Positions 16,682-22,526 of a stretch of 34,231 nt of DNA are shown here, in pieces. Each line of letters opens with the position of its first letter. The first letter of the stretch is position 1. Under the pieces are notes generated by a model that saw only the letters and a program-made list of their open reading frames with translations, was not told where the DNA came from and did not search any database. Origin of the DNA: a virus (lineage: Duplodnaviria; Caudoviricetes); the IMG/VR virus record IMGVR_UViG_3300047272_000137, positions 1 to 34,231 of that record, one strand, 5' to 3'. The translations under genes were made by a program, and so were the position numbers.

Positions 16682-17902
16682 TTATGCACTCACATTCTGT
16701 TCGGCTAACCGAACGCTAGGTTCAATGAGTCGTGACATACGCTCATTCAGTTCAGGGTACAAGTCTGCATGAGACTCGATATAGGTCATGAAGGCATCTG
16801 TACTGAGAGCGCCTTCTCTGACTTGTTGGACGGACATTACTCGGGTGTACTCAACGCTGGCATGCGCTAAGTCTATATGGGATTTGATAGTGCTAGTGTT
16901 GGTGGTACCTCGGAAGATACGCATCTCTAGCGTGTTAGCGTTCTGCGTATTGACGGCAGAGTAGCGGTCACTGTGGCGACCATTGGTTATCTTCTCCTTG
17001 AAGGAGCGATACATACCAGTACGATAGACGAAGCCGTCATCATTCTGTGCAAGGCTACCACCACGCTCGACATCGTCGAACTTAGCCCAACGGCTAGATG
17101 AGCGACCAGCAAGAGCCTCGTAGAAGTTCTGGTTGCTGTAGATAAGGTTCAGGAATCGGTGCATGTGTGGACCGCCGTTGAACCCTGTGCGTGAGATGTG
17201 GATATGCACACCGCATGTACCAGTACCCCATGACCTTGCATGATAGGTATTGCGCAGACCTTCCAAGACTTGGAACAGGTCGTGTGCCTCATTCTTGTAG
17301 AAGTCATGAGACATTGGGTGCGTGACTAACTCGAACCCACAGTTGATAGAGCCGTCGTGCTTGAGATAGGCTAAGTCCATGCCCTCTAGTTGATAGGCAT
17401 AGTCAGCCGCATCACTCACACCTCGACCTATCTCCATCTCTATCTCTAGACCAAAGAACAGGCGTTCGTTCTTGTTGGTGCTATGGAAGATAGGGTCAGG
17501 TCGGTAGGAGTAATCGTGGACTACTCTATTGTTGCAGTCTTCGCAACCGCTCTCATAGTAGTTGTCACATTCCTCGCAGTAGATAGCGTTGTTATCGGCG
17601 CAACTAGAGCACCAATAGGAACCTCTATCTTCGATATAGATACTGCCGTCAGTGCTGTATGACTCGCAAGACTCACACCAGTTTGCAGCGTGGTCTACGC
17701 AGTTCTCACACCACATTTCGCAGTCATCTACAGTAGACCAGCAGTCATTCTCTGTGCCTACATCATCACAGCGCTCGCATACACGAACGCAGTCACTACA
17801 TACCATGTCAGTGCCATAGGTAACTTCGTATGCACTTTCAGCATCGGTGGCACTTCCGCAGACGGCGCACTCGATTGCTGTTGCATCTTCGTTCTCTGTC
17901 AT
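16682..17902 (-). CDS. Putative amidoligase (COOH-NH2 ligase, GS/gamma-GCS fold) with N-terminal poly-CxxC domain
   Basis: GLEIEME, KHDGSI..GFELVTHP, TCGVHIH, RYSAVN and TLEMRIFRGT motifs; eight CxxC pairs in the first ~125 aa. Confidence 0.85.
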   Translation of the reverse strand: MTENEDATAIECAVCGSATDAESAYEVTYGTDMVCSDCVRVCERCDDVGTENDCWSTVDDCEMWCENCVDHAANWCESCESYSTDGSIYIEDRGSYWCSSCADNNAIYCEECDNYYESGCEDCNNRVVHDYSYRPDPIFHSTNKNERLFFGLEIEMEIGRGVSDAADYAYQLEGMDLAYLKHDGSINCGFELVTHPMSHDFYKNEAHDLFQVLEGLRNTYHARSWGTGTCGVHIHISRTGFNGGPHMHRFLNLIYSNQNFYEALAGRSSSRWAKFDDVERGGSLAQNDDGFVYRTGMYRSFKEKITNGRHSDRYSAVNTQNANTLEMRIFRGTTNTSTIKSHIDLAHASVEYTRVMSVQQVREGALSTDAFMTYIESHADLYPELNERMSRLIEPSVRLAEQNVSA

Positions 17903-17968
17903 GACCTATTCCAATCTGTTCGTTTAACCGAACAACTACATGAACGCACCATGCGCTCAAGTGGTACT

Positions 17969-17997
17969 ATTCTACTGCCTACCTAACTTACTGTCAA
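17969..17997 (-). promoter_or_regulatory. SigA-type promoter for the amidoligase operon
   Basis: Minus strand TTGACA-17 bp-TAGAAT. Confidence 0.75.
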
Positions 17998-18151
17998 GTA
18001 GGGTATCACTTATCTTACTAGATGTATCAGTTGCAAGTTTGGCAAGTTGGGCGTAGCCCTGCTTGACCATTCTATCATGTTCGGCGCGTAGCGATTGTCG
18101 GACAATATTGACCTCCGCTGGTGTCAGTTCGACGACGAGATTATCTGTCAT
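17972..18151 (-). CDS. Hypothetical protein (59 aa)
   Basis: MTDNLVVELTPAEVNIVRQSLRAEHDRMVKQGYAQLAKLATDTSSKISDTLLDSKLGRQ*; ATGA-coupled to the upstream ORF. Confidence 0.6.
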   Translation of the reverse strand: MTDNLVVELTPAEVNIVRQSLRAEHDRMVKQGYAQLAKLATDTSSKISDTLLDSKLGRQ

Positions 18152-18336
18152 CGCTGGTACTTCATGACTGTCTCAAAGACCACATCATCAAGTTCTGCGG
18201 TCAAATCACGCCACTCTTCAATCGTAAGGCTATGCCCCAAGATTTCTTGGACGAGTTCGTAGTCAAGTTGCGACTCCCACGAATTGTTTGTGTCGGAAAA
18301 ATTCCTGACCAATTCGTCTGCGCTTGCGTACACCAT
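18148..18336 (-). CDS. Acidic hypothetical protein (62 aa)
   Basis: TAATG and ATGA coupling on both sides. Confidence 0.6.
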   Translation of the reverse strand: MVYASADELVRNFSDTNNSWESQLDYELVQEILGHSLTIEEWRDLTAELDDVVFETVMKYQR

Positions 18337-18488
18337 TAGCGCACCGCCTTGCGAATACGCTTAGCAATAAGTAGCACTGCTACTGTGACTACTGCAAGCA
18401 AGATAGTACGAGTGAAGATGTATACATCTCCAAGGTAGGTAGTAAGGTTGATGCCGTACTCACTAACTTCTAGGTTGAACAGTTCCAT
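18336..18488 (-). CDS. Small membrane protein (50 aa)
   Basis: MELFNLEVSEYGINLTTYLGDVYIFTRTILLAVVTVAVLLIAKRIRKAVR*; GAAGGA RBS, one TM helix and a basic tail. Confidence 0.6.
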   Translation of the reverse strand: MELFNLEVSEYGINLTTYLGDVYIFTRTILLAVVTVAVLLIAKRIRKAVR

Positions 18489-18546
18489 TTCATATCCTTC
18501 GAACGCCGTTCGGCTAACCGAACAGATGATAACGCTTTGTTATCAC

Positions 18547-18594
18547 GCGCTCACCGCAAGACTCGCACTTGCGTAACTACCTTTCGTGAGCCAC
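18547..18594 (-). ncRNA. Candidate tRNA-like element (acceptor stem plus T-arm, no anticodon arm)
   Basis: GCTCAC-GAAAGGTAGTTA-CGCAAG-TGCGAGT-CTTGCG-GTGAGC in an untranslated leader. Confidence 0.4.
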
Positions 18595-18640
18595 CCCATG
18601 CTGTTGCCCAATTCAACGCATGGCTATCGCCAATAAGACT

Positions 18641-18669
18641 ATCTTACCATTGGGATAAGTTTTGGTCAA
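18641..18669 (-). promoter_or_regulatory. SigA-type promoter with extended -10
   Basis: Minus strand TTGACC-17 bp-(TGG)TAAGAT. Confidence 0.7.
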
Positions 18670-18797
18670 GCCTGTTCTAAGTTGCTCGCTGCTCGCATGG
18701 CTTGAACGCCACGTTCGTAGCGCTCTTGCTCTGCACGCTTTTCGTTCAGAATGTTAGTCTGAACTTGAAGATGCTCACTTAGTTCATCTAGGTTCAT
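18666..18797 (-). CDS. Small coiled-coil hypothetical protein (43 aa)
   Basis: MNLDELSEHLQVQTNILNEKRAEQERYERGVQAMRAASNLEQA*, downstream of a promoter. Confidence 0.5.
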   Translation of the reverse strand: MNLDELSEHLQVQTNILNEKRAEQERYERGVQAMRAASNLEQA

Positions 18798-18874
18798 TTC
18801 GTTCTTGCTTTCTATTCGGTTAACCGAACACCATGTTCGGCTACAGCATAGGCAGAACCTTGGCTGATGACATT

Positions 18875-18903
18875 AGTCTACCATGCTCATAAGTTCTTGT
18901 CTA
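18875..18903 (-). promoter_or_regulatory. SigA-type promoter with extended -10
   Basis: Minus strand TAGACA-17 bp-(TGG)TAGACT; spacer resembles that of the 18641-18669 promoter. Confidence 0.6.
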
Positions 18904-19035
18904 CCCTGTTCGGCTAACCGAACGGGTGCCATTCGTCATTCGTGCGCAGGTTTGTGTCGGATTTTTTCGTAGGTCGGTGCCAGCCATCGTTCGCTCATTC
19001 GGTTTGTGTTGGTTTGTGTCGGCCGAATTTTGGGC

Positions 19036-19068
19036 AAAAAAATAACCCCCGCTTTCGCGGGGGCTATT
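19036..19068 (-). terminator. Intrinsic terminator
   Basis: CCCCCGC-GAAA-GCGGGGG hairpin followed by TTATTTTTTT on the minus strand, just after the stop at 19078. Confidence 0.85.
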
Positions 19069-19077
19069 CTTTATCGC

Positions 19078-19671
19078 TTATGCGCTAATCATTTTACCTT
19101 CAAGCACTGCATGAATTTCGGCAACCTTGTCCTGCTGGTCTTCTGTAAGGTCTGCGAAATCTAGCGCGGTGAAGTAGGCGAGAATATCCGCAAGGGTATC
19201 TTTCGACTTCTTCTCCTTTGCAGACTTAGGTTCTGCGCTTTTGGTATTCTTAGCCTTGCGAACTGTAGCGATTTCGGTAGTGAGCGCGTTCAGGGTCTTG
19301 AACTGCTCACCTTTGCCAGCGCCTAGAAGGTCGTAACTAGCGCTTGCGGTAGAGAGTTGCTTAGCGAGAGGTAGGGCGCGGAAGTCTGCATGAAGTGTGC
19401 GCAACTTTGACCATGTTGGGAGAGCGGGAACGTGGGAAGTCGAAACGAACGCGCTTACCTTGCCAGTGTCTTTAATGAACTTTTGAATGTCGCGCACTGA
19501 TAGGCGAGACTCTAAAACCATTGTCGCACTTAGGTTTTCAACACTCTTGATGATTTCATTTTCAGACTTTGAAGAAGTAGTGCAAACGTTCGCCCATGCT
19601 GTTGCCAACTTTGGCGCCTTGATAGTAACGACGTTCTTTGCTGTCTTCTTTGCTGTTGTTGCTGTTGTCAT
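19078..19671 (-). CDS. Hypothetical basic helical protein (197 aa), first gene of the early arm
   Basis: ATG 19671 with GAAAGG RBS, own promoter and terminator; Lys/Ala/Thr-rich; no recognisable family. Confidence 0.7.
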   Translation of the reverse strand: MTTATTAKKTAKNVVTIKAPKLATAWANVCTTSSKSENEIIKSVENLSATMVLESRLSVRDIQKFIKDTGKVSAFVSTSHVPALPTWSKLRTLHADFRALPLAKQLSTASASYDLLGAGKGEQFKTLNALTTEIATVRKAKNTKSAEPKSAKEKKSKDTLADILAYFTALDFADLTEDQQDKVAEIHAVLEGKMISA

Positions 19672-19724
19672 TTTGGGTACTGCCTTTCGGTTGGGTTGGT
19701 GCTGTGCCACTGTGGCACCCCCCT

Positions 19725-19753
19725 AGAGTAATGCCTAGAGAGGTTTCATGCAA
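19725..19753 (-). promoter_or_regulatory. SigA-type promoter
   Basis: Minus strand TTGCAT-17 bp-TACTCT upstream of 19671. Confidence 0.55.
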
Positions 19754-20171
19754 GCACCCCCAAAGTCCTTTATTTACGCACCTTTCAAGCGTTCGGCTAA
19801 CCGAACAGGGAGAGCGCTGCAAAGGCTAGGCGTTCGGCTAACCGAACAGCGTGGCCAGATAGTTGAACTTTCAACTACTTAGCCAACCCGCAAGGTCGGG
19901 CGCGTAGCGGTCGCGTTCTCTTTGCTATCGCATAGCCCTATCTATATTTATTTTATTTATCCCCCCCTAATCTATTTATTAACTAGCAGGGAGATAGTTG
20001 CTCCCTGCATATATCTGCACACTATGAAATAACTATAAATAACTAACAATAGCGCTATCTTTTGACCCGAGGTTTATTAAACCGAGCGCGTATTATGTAT
20101 ATATACTCCCATAATAATTTTCTGTTATATTTAATGGCCCCCTCAGAGTACTAAAAGTACTCCTCGGACAG

Positions 20172-20187
20172 TGTGACTTACGTCACA
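20172..20187. promoter_or_regulatory. CRP/GlxR-like binding site
   Basis: TGTGA-CTTACG-TCACA, an exact TGTGA-N6-TCACA consensus, in the non-coding control region. Confidence 0.5.
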
Positions 20188-20522
20188 GTGTACGCATACA
20201 GAGAGGGGGTTCGGGAAAATACTTTCCCAACCCACTCGGAAAAGACCCGTTTGAACGGGTCTTCTATAGTATATATATACTATTACGGAGTCGCTCCGTT
20301 TAAGACTCCGCTCCTCCTATATATATAATATATATTTAAAAATTTTTTCAAAATGCCCCCCTTATGCCGTTTTACGGGTGTGTTAAATAGGCGTTTTAAT
20401 TAGAATTACTGAGGACGACCCAGAGGCTGACACCTCTCGCAGAAAGTGGAATATCTGGGAAGTTGGGGAAAAGGGATACGCAGGCGACTGAAAATCGCAA
20501 GCCCTGAACTACCGCCCAGTAT

Positions 20523-20594
20523 AGCCCTATAGTTTAATGGATAGCACGCGGGACTACGTATCCCGAGGTACGGGTTCGATTCCCGCTGGGGCGC
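20523..20594 (+). tRNA. tRNA-Arg(ACG), degenerate
   Basis: Cloverleaf: D-loop AATGGATA, anticodon arm CGGGA-CTACGTA-TCCCG, T-loop TTCGATT. Mismatches in acceptor and T stems, and no encoded CCA. Confidence 0.7.
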
Positions 20595-20653
20595 ATAGCC
20601 TGAGAACAATCCCTGGCCTAGCCAAATTGCTCAGGCGTTAGAATTGGAGTACA

Positions 20654-22519
20654 ATGGGACGCAAGGCTGGAAAGCAGACATACAGCAAGGAAGAGGCACA
20701 GGCTAAAGTCCTAGCCCTTCTAGAGCAGGGTGCCACTGTCACCGCGGCTATGGCCGCTGTAGACCGCCAGGATACCGCCTTCCGTCAATGGACGATGCAG
20801 AACGCCGACTTCAAAGAGGCCTCTGATAAAGCCCGCCTTATGGGCAAGGGTGTAAAGGCTGACCTAGCCGACTTAAAGGAACTACCGTTCCATGAGTTCT
20901 CGGAGCAGTTCCTAGACTCTAGACTTTTTAATCACCAGTTGAACTGGGTCGACCTCATCGAAGGCAAAGAGCCACGTTGGCTACCGACGGGTATGACTTA
21001 CGAACCAGGAGACCCTAACCGTGTCCTGATTAACGTGCCACCTGAGCATGCTAAGTCAACCACTATCACGACTAACTACGTGACATACAAGATTGTGACC
21101 AACCCTAACACGCGAGTGATTATCGTGTCTAAAACCCAGGGTATGGCTCGCAAATTTTTGGGTGCTATTAAGACCCGACTATCTCACCCTGGATACATGA
21201 AACTCCAGACGGCCTTCGGCCCTAACGGTGGGTATAAGGCAGATGCTACACAATGGTCTGCCGACATGATTTATCTAGGCACAGGACGTGACTCAGGTGA
21301 AAAGGACCCTACGGTTCAAGCACTGGGCTTTGGTTCTCAGATTTACGGAGCACGTGCCGATTTAATTATCCTGGATGACGTGGTGATGGGTTCAAACGCT
21401 CATGAGTGGGAAAAGCAAATTGAGTGGCTTCAAAAGGAAGTTATTACCCGTTTGGGACGACACGGTAAACTCATCATCGTAGGTACCCGCGTAGCCGCGG
21501 TAGACCTCTACAAGATGATTAGAGATGGCGGACAATGGACTGGTGGCAAGAGCCCCTTTACCTACTGTGCTATGCCAGCCGTACTACAGTTCGATGATAA
21601 GCCAAAGAACTGGAAGACACTCTGGCCTGAAACAGACCAGCAAGAAAACGATTTGGACGAGGTTTTAGAAAATGGGCTATATCCCAAGTGGGACGGACCT
21701 TCTCTCTTTAAGCGTCGCTCTGAGGTCGCTCCGTCGGTATGGGCTATGGTCTACCAACAGGAAGACGTGCAAGAAGATTCAATCTTCTCACCTACCTGTA
21801 TCGCAGGTTCCGTCAACGGAATGCGAAAGCGTGGACCGCTAAAGGCTGGTACCCCAGGACATCCTCAGTACGTTGAAGGTTATACCATCATTGGTCTTGA
21901 CCCTGCTATGGCAGGTGCTACAGGAGCGGTCGTTGCTACCTACAATAGAGCAGATGGACGTATCTACGTACTAGACTGTGTCAATATGACTGACCCAAGT
22001 CCTGCTAAGATTGAGGCTTTGATTGAAGAGTGGGTCGAGAAGTATCGCCCACAGGAACTGCGTATCGAAATCAACGCACACCAGAAGGCTTACGCCCTGG
22101 ATGACAACCTAAGAAACTTTCTAGCCTCTTATGGCTGCCAGTTGAACTCACACTTCACTGGTAAGAATAAATGGGACACCTCTTTCGGTGTGGCTTCTAT
22201 GTCCACACTCTTTGGAAATACCCGCGATGGGCGTTTCCAGGATAACAATATCGTCGAACTACCAAGTAATGAAGGCTCTGAAGGTCTGAAGACCCTAGTG
22301 CAAGAACTTATTACCTGGAAGCCAGACACTAGGAACCCAACAGACTGCGTTATGGCTCTCTGGTTTACCATTATCCGCTTCCGCGAGATGATGCAGCAAA
22401 GCAGTAATGCATCTAAGTGGATGCAGAACCGATGGACAACTCAGGCTCAAGCCGCAAGACGGCACGCAGTCAACTTAGATGAAGCATTTGCCGACCAGTG
22501 GTCGCAAGTATACGGATAG
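20654..22519 (+). CDS. Terminase large subunit with N-terminal HTH extension
   Basis: Walker A variant PPEHAKST, GARADLIILDD, VGTR coupling motif, and nuclease motifs GLDPA and DCVMALW. Confidence 0.9.
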   Translation: MGRKAGKQTYSKEEAQAKVLALLEQGATVTAAMAAVDRQDTAFRQWTMQNADFKEASDKARLMGKGVKADLADLKELPFHEFSEQFLDSRLFNHQLNWVDLIEGKEPRWLPTGMTYEPGDPNRVLINVPPEHAKSTTITTNYVTYKIVTNPNTRVIIVSKTQGMARKFLGAIKTRLSHPGYMKLQTAFGPNGGYKADATQWSADMIYLGTGRDSGEKDPTVQALGFGSQIYGARADLIILDDVVMGSNAHEWEKQIEWLQKEVITRLGRHGKLIIVGTRVAAVDLYKMIRDGGQWTGGKSPFTYCAMPAVLQFDDKPKNWKTLWPETDQQENDLDEVLENGLYPKWDGPSLFKRRSEVAPSVWAMVYQQEDVQEDSIFSPTCIAGSVNGMRKRGPLKAGTPGHPQYVEGYTIIGLDPAMAGATGAVVATYNRADGRIYVLDCVNMTDPSPAKIEALIEEWVEKYRPQELRIEINAHQKAYALDDNLRNFLASYGCQLNSHFTGKNKWDTSFGVASMSTLFGNTRDGRFQDNNIVELPSNEGSEGLKTLVQELITWKPDTRNPTDCVMALWFTIIRFREMMQQSSNASKWMQNRWTTQAQAARRHAVNLDEAFADQWSQVYG

Positions 22520-22526
22520 GAAACCA

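Larger units (their letters stand above)
15815..19022 (-). repeat. Dispersed asymmetric motif TCCGACACAAAC
   Basis: Plus-strand GTTTGTGTCGG(A) at 15815, 18286, 18950 and 19012, and a 1-mismatch copy at 19002; all in the same orientation. Confidence 0.75.
14946..19847. repeat. Dispersed 16-bp palindrome GTTCGG-N4-CCGAAC (9 copies)
   Basis: Copies start at 14946, 15830, 16699, 17918, 18508, 18814, 18908, 19791 and 19832; none noticed outside this arm. Confidence 0.9.

Noticed and set aside
18499-18840. LexA/SOS boxes (CGAAC...GTTCG)
   Set aside because: The two arrangements seen have 3-nt (18499) and 5-nt (18824) spacers rather than 4, and the main palindrome has its half-sites in the opposite order.
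14946-19847. Palindromic repeats as a CRISPR array
   Set aside because: Repeats are only 16 bp, irregularly spaced (41 bp to over 1 kb) and interleaved with genes; no cas operon is present, and the Cas4-like gene is a typical phage exonuclease.
20484-20498. Complete tRNA-Phe(GAA)
   Set aside because: Only an anticodon-like stem-loop is present; no D-arm, T-arm or proper acceptor geometry.
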